This document shows, in pieces, positions 13,036 to 27,407 of a stretch of DNA of 64,000 nt; the stretch's first letter is position 1, and every line of letters starts with the position of its first letter. The position numbers were made by a program, and so were the translations under genes. The notes below the pieces were generated by a model. The model did no database searches and was not told the origin of the DNA. It was given only the letters and a program-made list of their open reading frames with translations. This DNA comes from Phoronis australis. Lineage: Eukaryota; Animalia; Phoronida. The stretch is from positions 845,164 through 909,163 of the forward strand of contig NMRA01000030.1 of NCBI GenBank assembly GCA_002633005.1, written 5' to 3'.

Positions 13036-15674
13036 TCTATTATGTAAGTGGACCACTGGATTTATTGTCTATCAGTTTTGTGCTGGAAACTGCCAATACA
13101 CAAATATGTTATCAACACAGACTGTCAGTATAGCCAATTATCTACAAAATCATAGAAATTAACTATGTGAAAGTATTATTTTCTTGTTGATTCATTGATT
13201 TTTAACTGTATGCCAATATGTCGTTAATTGGATCATGTGACCATGGGTCTGTTTCACGAAAAGTGACTAAGACTTTTCAAATCAGAAATTTAGTGTGATG
13301 CAACTGGTCAATAAATATTAGCCAAGTTCTTAGTACATTGCATTCTAGAAACAACTTATTGAAATTATGTCAGTAACTAGCAATTATGTGTGTATTCTCA
13401 TATACTTTATACTTTTGGTCAAGTTAGGTTTTTCAGTAACAGTTGTGTGGAGCGTAAGTCCAAATTTCTGACTTACATCTTAAGTTACTTTTTCCATGAC
13501 CCATATCTCTTTAGTAATATTAACCAAATTTTGTTTCATATCAATGAAATATCAACAATGCTGTTACAGTTTTCAAAAATATTTTGTTTTATTAATATTT
13601 TTTTAAATCATAAAAGTCCTATTTTATGTTAACCCTTCATGCATAGGCTGAACATTTTTACAGTTCTGAACAGCAATTACAGAGCAGTATATAAGACATA
13701 GACTGAAAGTTTCATATGAATCCCAATCAGCCATTTTAGAGATATTACATTCGGAATTTAGCCAAATTTGAACATTGTTCTTGGGTCCTACATAACCTTA
13801 AGACTGAGTAGTGGTGATATCTTAATGAACACTCAGCTGCAGTGTTTATGTCTAGGCATAGATGACTGGATTGGGAAATAAGGCATGAAGATATTTAAAA
13901 TTTGCCATATTCACAGTTTTTGACGCATCGGTTGAGGCACTGAGTATGGTAAAACTGGTTGACTGAGTGATTATATCAATCCACATAGTCAGTGTAGGTA
14001 CCTCTATGAATACAACTGTACTATAACTTGTGACTGATTGTTATGTGTAAAACTTACACACTTTTCCTTAAAGTGTTATCCACACTAAGAGTTACCCTAG
14101 AACAAGTTACTGAGGAGTTGCCACTGAAGTATTGTGGATGGTATGTTCTGGGCAGCTTAATAATTTATACCACTTAATGTCAAGGTAGGATAACTTGTTC
14201 TAGTGTACCTTGCCCCTGCACAAGTCATAATGTGGACCCTAAAACGGAAGTAACTAGACGTTGTGTGCTTGCTCAGTTACACACATAAGGGTGTTTAATC
14301 ATTTTTGTGCCATAGTTATTGCATGGTGTAGGGTGTGAAGTATGGTTGCTTTGGCTGAACGTAGGCAAGTTGTTCTCTTCATGTGTTTTGAGTAGCTCTA
14401 GTGCACCCCTGTGCATTCTTTAGTACCTCATGTAACCAGCTGCTTGGTCTGATGTGTGGGAATGATCTTCAGTTAGTGATTAGAGTACAGTGGTGGTTCG
14501 CTAAACCTGGCTTGGTTTCCAGAAATCACACAATTAAATTAATCTATGTGCTTTGGTAAGTAAAATCTAGCATGTTGAGGTGTTGCTAAGATCACACAAG
14601 GTTGCTATGATTCCTCTAGGACGCAGCACTGTTAGACCCTTGGGTCAGGTCTTTAGCTACTTAGATCAGTTTTAACTATATATTAAAACAAAAGTGGTTC
14701 CAGGTGATCAATGCTATTGGCCCACATGAACAGCCTCCGCATTTCAGTGGTAGGTGTACCAGGCCACCTGCATTTGTTATGAGATCAGGGTGTACATAAT
14801 CACAAATGTGATAGTAGGTGGTTCAGTTAGACTGGTATATTGAGGTGTAGCAGAGATCATGCAATATGACACTTAAAGGGACACTAAACGCCGTCTTGAT
14901 GATTTAAACCATCATTTTGACACCTGCTGACGCATCCATTGTCGACAATCTTTAAAGACAAAATCAGAAATTAGCTAAAGACTCATATGCTTTCTATGTC
15001 ATGGATTGGATATTATGGTTCTTAGTAGGTGGTATTTCCCCCACAGTTGCTGTGCAATTCGTTAAAAGCGTAGGTCACGCTTTCCCTTTTAGCAGACTTT
15101 GAAATGAGTTTTCAAATTTTCTTCCAAACCTTTGAGGGTTGTTGAGGGTTAACAGAGCATTATTTTGTTTCAGAGAATTGGATGGGAACATCATTCTCTC
15201 TATCTGTTAATAGACCAAAACCAGCTTTGGTATCCTTTTACAATGAAGGTCAAGTTGTCACTAGGCTCTGGGGAGTTAGCTCCTAAGGGTACAGTATCAA
15301 AATGATTACCCTTGAAAAGGATTTGATAACTGTGCAAGAATGCTGAATTATTGGAGAAAACACTTGTTGAATAGTACATAAGCCAAATTTTTTATATATA
15401 CATTTATTGGCAATGAGAAAACCATTACAATACCACAAAAAGACAAAGAACACCATAGACACGCGCGCACACACGCACGCACGCACACACACGCATACCC
15501 CATAACTAATCTTCTTGACTACTGAGAAAAACCATTTCAAAGTTACACCATCTTTTTTGTATAACTTCTAAATTCAAATCCTTACGAGCATTATTCTTTT
15601 CACTCATATAATGTTCTTTGATGAAGTTAAAAAATCTACTTAGAAGTAATCTTTTTGATCCGAACTTTTGGGTA

Positions 15675-17330
15675 TATTTATTTATTTATTTAAAATGAGG
15701 GTGGCCTCTTCAGTGATAGCACTGCTTTCCAAGAGGGCCCTCAACAAGAAAAACAGTAATATAATACAATGAAGTAATTAAACAACAATGAAATATACAT
15801 AACAAAGATACAATTAAAGCAGGTTGAGAATTAAGACATTAACTAAATGACGAATAATGGTAAAAATTTAACTAAGACAGATGAAATAAATTAAGAGATG
15901 ACTCTAGACAGTGAGAGTATTTACGACAATGAAAAAATGACATGATTAAGACAGGCAGGGTATAAAATGTTAGGTAAATTACAGCCACTTTTTAGTATTT
16001 ACTTTAAAGGTAGTGATTGAATTGGACCGTTTAATTTCTGGGCTAAGAGAATTCCATATTATAGCAGCTGCATAGATAAAAGATCTCTTGCCCGTCTCGG
16101 TTTTAATTTTTTTAGAAGAAACATTGCCAGCAACAGAAGAACGTGTAGAATATACAGCGTGACTGCTATTGAATTTACTGCTGAGATATGCTGGAGCCAA
16201 GCCATTGATACATCTGTACATACAACAGGCAGAAATATATTTATTTGTTTGTCTTACTTTCATAAATCCCAGCTTGGGATATAAGTCGGCAACCCTAGTG
16301 TCCCCAATTCTAGTACCCAGGATAGCCCTGGCGGCTCTAATTTGGATTACTTGGACTTTGCTGACAAGTGTGTCACTAGTGTGCCCCCAAACCGGTAAAT
16401 AATAATCAATATGAGGCTGAATAATAGAATGGTAAAGGGTCTTAAGAGTATTGACATTAAGAAATTTGCCTAGACGTTTAAGTACACCGATTTTCTTTGA
16501 TAATTTCTTTTTGATATGATCTATGTGCATATTAAATTTAAGATTGGGATCTAAAATAAGGCCCAAGTACTTAAACTTGTCAACATTCTCGATGGGAGAA
16601 CCGTTGATGGAAAGGGATAGTTTTTGTTGTTTTAATTTCTGGTGGGTTCCAAACAGCATCGACTTGGTTTTACTTATGTTAAGAGTGAGTTTATTTTGAA
16701 TCAGCCAGTCATGGATAAGGGCTAGCTCATCGTTGAGAGAAGTTTCGAGTTCTTTTACTGATCCAGCTGTGGACATAATTGCAGTGTCATCAGCGTATAA
16801 AACTGGGACAATGTTGTGGAGGACTGTAGGGAGGTCGTTAACAAAAATAGTGAATAATAGAGGGCCCAAAATGGAACCCTGAGGTACCCCTGTGATTACG
16901 GTTGAGTAGTCAGAAAGTATACCACTGTATTTGGTGGCCTGTTTACGGTCGTATAAGTAGTTTCTAAACCAAAGAAGTTCGTTATCATTAACTCCATAAG
17001 ACTCTAGTTTCTGCAATAGGATACCATGGTCCACAGTGTCAAAGGCTTTCTTAAGGTCAACAAAGACAGCACCAGTAAGCCTCCCCTGATCCATATCATT
17101 AAAGATAAACTCAGTAGCATGAATGTTTGTAGTAAGAATGGAATGCAAGGGGCAGAAACCAGACTGTGCTGCCGAGAGAAGGGAATTTTGCTCCAGGAAC
17201 TGGTGAAGCTGCTTTTGAACACACCTTTCAAGAATTTTGGAATTTTGCAGGGAGGACCGATATTGGTCTATAATTTTTGCAACTTGACTTTACACCATCT
17301 TTAAAAACAGGAGTAACAACTGCCATCTTG
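15675..17330 (-). mobile_element. 5'-truncated CR1/L2-group (Crack/Daphne-like) LINE with a reverse-transcriptase ORF2 remnant
   Basis: ORF 15979..17148 has RT motifs VFVDLKKAFDTVDH, GVPQGSILGPLLF, YADDT and FKYLG. Upstream VTPVFKDG..NYRPISVL is offset by a frameshift near 17245. The 3'UTR has a stem-loop (gagggccctctt...aagaggccaccctc) and an (AATA)n tail. Confidence 0.92.
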
Positions 17331-17810
17331 TATAAATAAACTTTACCCAATAATAGAACAATTTTTTAAAATTTTCTTTTTTATCCAAAAAGCCAAAAAT
17401 AACGTTGCAGGAGAGAATGCCGACACACTGGGGATTTGCGTTACTGCCCAACATGTCTCTAGTTGATCACACACACTATTCTCTTTCAGTAGTGTGCCAC
17501 ACTGTTCTGCACACTCTGATGATGCATACCTTATATTAACATGGATTTTACTAGGCAGCAATTTACAATAGATAACAAGTGGTTTTGGATCTCAGATGTT
17601 CAGCACAACTTATTTATTTCTAAAATGCCTTTTCCATTATATGTCAGTGTCTTCAGTGCTTGGTGGAGCATCAGTCAGTGAGAAAACTTAATTCCCAAGT
17701 TGAAATTATATTACGTTCACCTGGTGGAAGACTTTCCGAAAAAAATTATTCTATTGGGGATAGTTACTAAAATTTGAAACATGGAAATTCAAACCAAAGT
17801 TAAATTTCCT

Positions 17811-18058
17811 TGACGATAAAGCTCTTTGAAAAGTTCTACGTGTTCCGAGTACGTGTGTCATGTGGGACTTTGATCATGAGGTAAGATTAACCGCCCAGGG
17901 CGGTTGTCTGTCGTAATAAGCTCCCATGTTGAGTTAACCGCCCACCCATGATTTTTGGAAATTTCATGTTTAACCGCCCATGTCTGGTTAACTGCCCACC
18001 CCCGAATTTTTGGGTTTGCCAATTTAACGGCCCAGGGCATTAACCCAAACGTTTACAG
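17811..18058 (-). mobile_element. Inverted left-end fragment of the Tc2/pogo-like MITE family at 42125-44176
   Basis: The reverse complement aligns with 42125-42365, including repeated gggcggttaa motifs and the terminal ctgtaa. Confidence 0.8.
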
Positions 18059-18322
18059 TGTTTTCATATGGAATATTTGTGTGGCAACCTCTTTCCATGA
18101 GTAATGAATGATTTGATCATCGCAATCTAGTCTGAGAGTGGGATACTATTTCTAAATAATTCTCTAGACACTACATTATTTTAAACCTCACATAGTAAGG
18201 CAGTTTTGCATTACATTTGATGTCAGATTGCCAGCCTTGCAAATAACAGCCACTGATGACTATCAAGAAATACGCTTGGTACACCACACCCTGATTAATC
18301 CGTGACAGAGACAGAAGTTACC

Positions 18323-18700
18323 TTACAAAACTTGCCCAATTATAAGATCTTCCGATAAGGTCTCACTGAAAAAGCATATCATATGCTGCCTTGACCCTAC
18401 GATTACTAGGCATCTCCAGTATTTTGAACCAGTATTTTGAACCAGTATTTTATACAGGGATACAAAATATTTAGTAAACAATGAGAATCGCCCACATTCT
18501 CCCATAACTGCCAAGTTAGAACAACAACTGCCTACTGCTAAAATGCATTTACAAAACTTGATATGTACAATTTCCAATTGTTCATATTCCTTAAAGCCCC
18601 ATATCTCAGCACCATAACGCAAAGAGGAGTAAACCATTTCATGGAACAGGTGAAAGGTTATTGGCGGCAGTAGATTACAACATCTTCACTTTGATTTACA
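18323..18700 (-). mobile_element. Degenerate non-LTR retrotransposon ORF2 C-terminal fragment
   Basis: LRYGAEIWGF...IVHIKFCKCIL.V....SNLAVMGECGR resembles the post-RT region of LINE ORF2 proteins. The clade (possibly RTE-X-like) is uncertain. Confidence 0.65.
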
Positions 18701-19095
18701 AATGCAGAGGCAGCTTTATTTTTATAACATAACATAAACGTGTTTGATGTACAGAATAGTAATCATTTGGTACTATAGGGTCCTTTTATGACATATGTTT
18801 CTTGCACCAAACAAGTGAGTAGCAATTTGCAGTTTGTATGAGTGCAATGTGTTGCTCCAGGAAGTGTGTCTAGAGTCTCTCATTGATAACAGTTGAATCC
18901 ATCACACCCTTGGGAGGCTCTCCCATTCGGTACACCCAAAAGAATTCAGACAAAATGACCCAAAATTTCCAGTTATGACAACTGGCCAGAAGCTAAATTC
19001 GTTATCAGTCTACGGAATTAACAAGAACTTAGTAAGGTGGCCAAGTCAGTTTGTAGTCATAATTGTGCTGCCCTAATAGTCATTACCAGTGATTT

Positions 19096-19960
19096 TTATG
19101 CACCCACATATTTATATGTGGGTGCATATTACAGTCATCTTTGTCTGAGCGTCTGGCGTCCAAAGCTGTATTCCCCTCACAGGATCTTGATGAGATTTGG
19201 CAGGTGTGTTTCTATGACGACAATTTTTGGACTGATCCAACTACAGCTATGCACCTTAGTGGCAATTTTATTTTGTTTTATGATTGCCTTTGTATCTAGT
19301 GGTCTACAGCTGTATCTCCTTAACCTTTTTTGGGTCCTCTTGATGAAATTTGGCAGACATGTTCCTATGGAGCTGACAACTTTATATGACATGTTTCAGA
19401 CATATTCGACTGCCGCTGTGCCCCCTAGTGACAGTTTTGGTTGTTTACATTTGCCTCTGTATTTTCGGAGTTCATTGGTGGATTTTTGTGAAATTTAGCT
19501 AATAGGTTTCTATTAAGGAGGTGACCGTAGTCGTTCATTTTCGTGTGGATTTGATGTATTTTTGTATCACCTAGTGGCTATTTCTATCTAATTTTTCGAG
19601 TGCCTTTTTGTTCCTGATGAGAAGACGTTGACTTGTGGTCAGATTTTCTAACTGTGACGCTTCCTGGTGGCGATTTTTGTCTTTTTTCTTTCTCACCTGT
19701 AGCTTCCTACTCCTTTTAAGGATGTTTGTGAAATTATAAACGTGACTACGGCCTCCTAAGACTTGGATGGTTCTGACTATCACTGTACCCCCTTGTGATA
19801 ATTTTAGTTTTTACGTTTGCATATGTATCTTCAGTGGCCTCTGGCAGTTTTTATTGAAATGTAGTAAACAAGTTTCTGTTATGGTGGTGATAGCATTTAT
19901 CCATTTTGGAATGGATTTGACGTATTCTGCCTCACTTAGTGTTCATTTTTGTCACTTATA
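19096..19960 (+). mobile_element. HINE/DINE-1-like non-autonomous Helentron, family 1, older 3'-degraded copy
   Basis: 5' hairpin atgcacccacata-ttta-tatgtgggtgcat, a gtct/gtcc tract, then degenerate ~150-bp units homologous to 30477-32140. Confidence 0.7.
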
Positions 19961-20058
19961 AACATATTTCTATGCTCTGAGTGCTGTTAGCAGAATCACT
20001 GAGAATTATTTGTCATGACAGAGGAACAGCATTTAGACTGATTAACTTTTGTCCTGTT

Positions 20059-20310
20059 ACTGGGTATTTTGTCCTGTCATATCAACTGGGTATTTTGTCT
20101 TCTCATATCAACTGGGTATTTTGTTCTCTCATATCAACTGGGTATTTTTTCCTCTCATATCAACTGGGTGTTTGTCCTCTCATTTCAATTGAGTATTTTG
20201 TCCTGTCATATCAAAACTACATTTTGTCCTCATGTATCTAGTGGATATTTTGTCCTTAAGTGTCAAGTCGGAATTTTGTCCTTCTTGTCAAGTGGATATT
20301 TTGGCCTCTT
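20059..20310. repeat. 26-bp minisatellite (actgggtattttgtcctgtcatatca), about 9 degenerate copies
   Basis: Directly visible. Confidence 0.85.
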
Positions 20311-23300
20311 CTACAGGACTAGACCTATTTTTTCAGTAGTGTTTTAATGCCATTGTAAGCTTGTCTGCAAGTTGCTGACTGGCCTTTTTGTGAATGGTAT
20401 GAGCAAAGACCTTCAATCTAGACATGGGGATGGTAGTAGTATGTAAATCTCATGTTAGCATGTTGTGTTATTGATGTCTGTAAATGGATGTCTCTCGTCA
20501 GAACAATCTGAAAAACGATTCCTGTTACTGGTAGTTGCGTTTGTACCGATCAATAAATAGTAGCCATCAATATAGTCAGATCAGTAACTAATTGTATCCA
20601 GAAAGAGTTAACACCTTATTACAAACTATTGTTGCAGAACCAGAGGTAGTACACTTAAGTGGCCTAAAATTCTGTGAGCCAATGTTGGGGAAGATAATTT
20701 ATTGCTAATGCTTTTGATCGTCTGCACGCTAGTTTTTGAAGGATCAATTATCATAATTTCTCGCAGTGTAAAATCGTTATTACTGCTGTCAGTAAGCAAC
20801 AAAATGAAACCAGTTTGTATCTAATTGTGGTAAGAAACTCGGGGAACGAAAGACAAGATGATCGTCAGAGGATTAGGGAGTCCCATCATTAGATGTTTTG
20901 GCCTTGTATTTTATGTCTTAAATATATTATATTATATTTGTCTATGCTTTTTGCCCATATTTCTTACCCTAAATTTCCCTATTTTTACTTTTAATGGCTA
21001 TGTTCAGTTAAATGTCCATCTCCATCCAATTTGTACAAAACAAAATTTCTGTTCCTTGAAACAGTCTGGCTTGGCACTCAAGTGTCATCATGCAATGAAT
21101 TTGAAGGGGAATTAGGTTCTACAACTGTGACAGTGCCAAGCACTGATCAGTCTTTGCCTCACTTTTTGACAAACAGATGATGGTCACTCATTTGACAGGT
21201 CATTAGTTTATGTAACTAGTTTATGAGATAAAACATCAAGAAAATATTTTCACTGTCAGGAAGTTTTGGAGTATTTAAAGACAGCACAGAGAGGAAAATC
21301 GCAGAAATTTTGCTCTCTGTTACAAGATCAACGTCTCGCTTAAGATCACTTTTTTCATTGAAGGAAATTAATTGGCTTGCAGGCTTAGTTACCATTTGTA
21401 CTAAAAATGACATGCTTTGGTAACGCTCTCTGAACCTCTTGCTAAAAATCAGGCCAGTGATGGAGCAGGACCACCCTTTTGTGCTGCATGTTGCTGTTGG
21501 TTACCTAAGTATCTGGTCTTGTCCTTAACTCCACTGCATGTTATTGTTGGTTATGCAAGTTTCTGCTGGTGTCCTTAATCCCATGATTTCAATCCAAGTA
21601 AATATTCTGCCACAGTGAAGTTATTACCCCCTATCAAATCACCTTTCAAATCAGAATTAACTGCCTTGCTGCTGTTGGTAATGTTACTTGGCCCATTGTG
21701 AGTAAATGGTTTGGTATGGTGTGAAAGCAGTTTCAGTCTATGTGTCTTTAAAGTCATAACAAACTTTTTCTCAGTTTTGTTGGACTCCTCAAGTCAGTCT
21801 CTACTATGTATACAATTGAAATCAAACTTGTTTCATTGTATCTAACAAGTGGTTTAACTAATTAGTATGTCATAAATGGTATCTGATTTATGATAAGTTA
21901 TTTTTGTTCTGCTGGATGGTGGTTATGTGCCATCATGTATGTTTATCCATAAGCTTACCATCCTACAATTTTATCTGGTATCTTAGGTCTAAGTCTGCAG
22001 TCTGATCAAAAGTTTGTCGATAAACAATGACAGTACTTGTTATGGTGGCAGCTCACCATTCATTTGAAATATTCTCAGAGGATGTTCTTGCTGTTCAAAC
22101 AACCAGTGTATGTTGGTTAAGTTGAGTGATGTGAAATGGCTGGCTCACCTGGTCAATGAAGGTCATTTGTGTTTAGTAAATCTAACCCAGCGCTATCTCA
22201 CTTTAATTTCCTGTGCCTAATTCGAATGGCAACACTGGCTCTGCTAACTGGAAATGAAAACCCTATTGATTTTCTCTTTATTCATGTCTCTAAAAAAGAC
22301 TCGCATTTTTGTGATGTGGAGAGATTTGTTTCCTGTGCTATACTGCATGGCGTTGCAAGGTGCTTTGTTTCTTAAATCATTTTTGTGTCTTAAAAATCAA
22401 AACATAAAGAAGCATGGACAGTGAGTGTCACCAGGGGATGGTCAGTGTCACCAGGGTATGGTCACTGTCATTAGGGGATATTGCTGTTGGGGTCAGTTCT
22501 TGGTTAATTATATGTTAAGCAATTAAAATTGTTATGTTTGGTCACAAATATCAGTTTGACATTCTTGAAAAAGTTGCGCACAGTAAGCTTGTATAGGTGT
22601 ATAGTGGGTGTATAGGTGTTCCTGTTGATCTACTTGTACAGTGACAACTTACAACGCGAGTTGACGCTTCAGCATATAAAGGTATTTTTTTATTTTCAAC
22701 CCCAGAACTCAGTGCATACTCACACAGTTGTGATAACCCCTGGCTATTTGTTCTTCTTGTGTTTTTTCACAATCTTTCCCCTGTTACCTTTCACTGGCAC
22801 AAAAACAACATCAGCAGTTGGTGGGACAAGAACTGACAGAGACACTTGGGACTAGTCGGTTGGAGGCATTTTTCCCCTTTTGACATGTCCCACATTTTCA
22901 TTTTTGGAATTTTGGCAACCATGTAATTACAATAAAAATCAGTGTTTTTGACATTGAAAATTGATTGTAATTAATCAAATTTTGGTGAATATTTAAGGGA
23001 GGTAGAGACACTGTTTGTTTTTCCATTTTCCTCGTTAAAATGTGTAAACTTTAATTTGTCATCTTAAACATGACCCACAACTTCAGAAAAAGCAAAGAAA
23101 ATTGTTTTTAAGAGATTAGTTTTTTAATAAAAAACATTTAAATATTCCCAAGAAGCTCATTTTTTCTTGATGGCTTTTCCAAAAAAATGCTGTCGCAAAT
23201 TTCAAAATCTTCCAATAGTCTTATTCAAGTCACCAAAACACAATTATGACCATAAAGCCATCATCACAAACTGTTTTTTGAGATTTGGCATATACACAAC

Positions 23301-26300
23301 ATTCAGTCAAATTCCAACTTCATATCAAAATGACTTAAGTTAAAATCAATTTAAATAAAATCCCTGGCATGGATTTGAAGTTCATTTGTGTTAGATTTCA
23401 ATTTTTTATTTCTTAAAAAATGATTAAAAGCTGAGAAATAAACTTGAGCATAATGCCACTACTGTGAAATAATGAACTGAGGTAAACTTGTTAAAGCTTT
23501 GTAGTTCTCATTCGCTACTTTTGATCAACCTTCACTTAAAATCTGTGCATATAATGCTCCATTTTTTCTGAACATGGTAAAAAGACACTAGAGGGTATTT
23601 TCTATTGCAAAATGACCAACTTCTCAGTTGGTGTATTGAAACATTTGAGCTTTTTTTCTTGAAATGTGAGGGCTTCTCAGACCCAAGTCCAATGTGTCTG
23701 CTTGGTCTGTTATGCATTTTGACAAAGGAGCTTTGTGTGGTGGTGTTATAATTGGCCAATTTGTTGTCTAAGCTCCCAAATACCTGCAGTGAGCTACCAT
23801 TCAAGCCTGTTGAGCAGACCTATAGGGAAAGGAATTTTCAGAGATTCGGTTAAAATGACAACTATGTACTTTTCAAGTCAATTTCATTTTGTCAAAAAAC
23901 ATGTAAATGAATAATCACAATATAAAAATTCAAAAACTGTTAAAAATCCAAAATTCAGTTATATACACACTGATTTAAGTCAGTATTTATGTCCATGTAC
24001 AAAATTCCTTTTTTATGAAGACTGTCCAAAAGTTATTGGCTTTGATTTGCACAGCACCTTTTTTACAAGTTAAACATGGGAATGTGAAAAAATATTAATG
24101 CGCTGTTTTGGAAAGTGCTTAGTGACGCCATTTCTGTCATTGGATGTTTTTGTATTTTTGGTTGCTATGAGTGTTGAGAGGCTCCATCAAGTGGTCCCTC
24201 TGTTCCGTCTTGGGTGCCTGGTAGTACAAGTCAGGACCTGAGTGTTGCAAACAACTAATCTTGACAACTGCTATGCACTATCCTTGTTCTCGTAGTCCTT
24301 CCATCACGTTTGGCCCCCTAGGCTCTTGTTTGAGTGCTTCGGGGATGACATGTGGGTGACAGCTTGACTCCTTGGCAGGTATGTTCTAGGGAAAAGACAG
24401 GGCACCTTTATTTTTTTCTTACACATGCATGCCGGGTACTGACCAGTAAGGGTAAGCCTATTCTAATCTATTTTGATTCATGATTTGTTGTAAAAATGAC
24501 GTCACACAACTTAGCATCAAAGGCTGGCAATAGTGCAAATTTCTGTTACTTTTGATAGCATTTTGATGTCACTGGGTAACACCTTTATGAGGTCACAGGG
24601 TAACAGTAACACCTTTATGAGGTTCACTCTATCTGTATGCTCACTGATGTTAATCCCGGGTTTAAGGAGCCAACTGCTTCTGCAACACTCACTGGCGGGG
24701 AGATTAGGCAAAAAACATAGTGCTAGTCATTTTGAGAGCTGCGTTCATTGACTAAGGAAAAAACGCCCCATCAAATTCAACCTAGATTTCATGTTTTTCT
24801 TGAAGCTAGGGAAAGCAAAGTTTGAGAGGCTATGATTTGCTGAGTGATGGGTAAAAGAAAAACAAATACCACATCATTTTGCTAGTCTCAAGTGCAGTGA
24901 TCTTCTTTTTTGAAAACGTGAGCAACAAAAAATACCTCACCCCCGAGTCACCGACTCAAGTTATCGAAAAACAGTACAACTTCTTTGTCCTTTCAAGGAT
25001 TTGCAAGTGGTATTTTTATACTTTTTGTTTCAGTAGTGAGGATTGGGTGTGCATACGTTAACTGTATCCCTGCCACAGAGACCATGTCCCTCCCGTTTGT
25101 GGTAGTAGATGGATGTACACATAATGACAAGAAAGGAATCCTACTTTATCAACAATGAACTGCTCCTTCAAACTGCAATACTAACTTGTGTCTGGGATTG
25201 TATCAACAGGGAGACCACGAAAGATGTGTAAAAATAGACTAGGAAGATTTATGAATGTTTCCAAAAGCTCTCCTTTAATTGACCTATCGCCAGGAGGACC
25301 TGACATTTTGGGCCTCCCTATTGTGCTTCACATCAGATTAGGTAACTAGGGTTAGAGTTCAAACACTAGTTTGATTCTTTACCCTAGTGTAGTTGTTACA
25401 GGGGCATGATCGAAAGCCCATGTTATAAGTAGGCTATGGCTACCTGGGAATTGCCACTCAAGGTGATGAGAAAGCACTGATGCATGATGGTAGCTCTGGT
25501 AACTGACCAAATCATGACCATCCTAGGTCATGCAGTGTTTAAATATACCTCCCGTAGCGCACCCTGTTGGTTGATCTACAGTGGTAGCGAGGTGAATATT
25601 TCGGGGAGCATGTGTGCTAAAGTTTAAGGCAACACCCTGGTGTCTCCCTCTTAAGTTCCAAATGTTTGTATCAATTGAGATGGTTGCAGTTGACATAAAT
25701 TTTTCTTACGATGGACAGTTCACTCTTCAGGAAGACACTGAGTGAATTTTGTGAATTAGCTGCTGTATTTGGTGCATAATGAATATGAGCTCATGTGAGA
25801 TGTGTCTTTGAAGTGTACTTTCTTACCCATCTTCTTATTAGTTGATTCAACTAATATTCTCCTGATACTTTCCATGATAGTATCACATTTTACCATGTTG
25901 TTATCGGTTCATACCATAGGTATGTTAAACCACAGACAACTGTGTGTATGTGGTATTACTCTTACTTTTACTGCGATACTCCTGTGAATGGATTTTCTTG
26001 GCTGCTTTTTAATATCACTGTAACTTTACTCAACATGCATGGCAATGCAAAGTATACTGGATACCAATCTGGACAGCAAAATGAAGAGAGAATGAGACTT
26101 GTCCCCTCTTTACAGCTATAGCTCAAGTACACATTATGAGCAGGCAATTCTTGACAATTTGAAATTTTATTTCAGTCAGGGCCTGATGAGCAGCTGAGAT
26201 CTCCACAGTTGTCACCAGAGGTCACCAGTCACTGGGGCTGAATGCTTTCCTGGGAATTTGTAAATTGTCGTCTGCTTGTCTCTGCTGTATTTGTCCATGT

Positions 26301-27407
26301 TAACTCAGCCAGGTTCAGTTGAGCACCACCACTAAACTTTCTAAAATTTTACTTAAAAACACCCGCACGCACTTGTATGCCCACAGACCCTCCATATAGT
26401 GAAACTGGGGCTAGGCGGTATGGGTCATGTCTATTGCACTTGCGCAAACAAAGACATTATACATTCAGGTGATAATTTTAAAACAACTTATACAATTTGC
26501 CAGTCAGTTGCTCAGTGCCTTGTCTTCTTACTTAAACCCTGACCACCATTTATTTTGTTAGGAAATTGTCAGAATATTACACATAGTTGGCAGTCAAGAC
26601 TGGATTCAATTCAAATGCTTGGTTAGTACAGTACATACTAGGTCTACTGATGAAAGCGTTAATCAGCTGATCAAAAAGTCATTGAAGCAAAGCTCAATAT
26701 CATGAATTACGTTCACTTGGGAGAGTTAGAATCACCATAACAACAACAGCCACCATAATAATGAACTGTGTCTGACTCCCACAATTTGCGTGTTTGAACA
26801 TGAGCACTCCAACTTCCTGCCTACAATTTCCCGACTACAGCTCCCGCCTTCCCATCGTTTGTGATTGTGTGTGTGTAAATGGCCACTTGTCACCAATGAT
26901 CTTGTGCTGGGTTAGCTGGAGGGTGTCAAAAGTCAATGTCTAAAGGGGACTGACTAGCCTAGGCGAGGTGCCCCATCCCAGCCAAGCAGCAAGTCAAGCA
27001 CAAAGACATGCCCATGTAGATTGTTGTGGTCACAACTTGTCCAGAGGAACTATTACTTTTAAATTTCTGAAAAACTATTTCCATTCAGTTTGGTTAAGTG
27101 ATCGCCCTTATGCAGTTATTGACTTTCTCCAACATCACTCACATTTTGGGGTTTGAAAAACTATGTATTAGTGCCGTTCTCCTGTAATCCCGCTATTTTT
27201 TCCACTAAATTTTAATTGGAAACGTTTTTGCATTGGGACACGATTTACCTGGTATTCTGAACTCGTTTAATTTGCCTTGTGATTGATGTTTGTGTACTCA
27301 ATGAAGAGTAGAATAGTGTCAGCACCTGCCAATAGGAGTGACAAATACTGACATTCCAGCTGTATTCTCCTTGGGAACAAGACCATTTGTAGATTTACTT
27401 CCAATAA

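Noticed and set aside
19037-19498. 153-aa hydrophobic ORF (also 27436..27846, 38474..38740, 38940..39197)
   Set aside because: These lie inside non-coding HINE repeats, homologous copies do not keep the frame, and no domain is recognisable.
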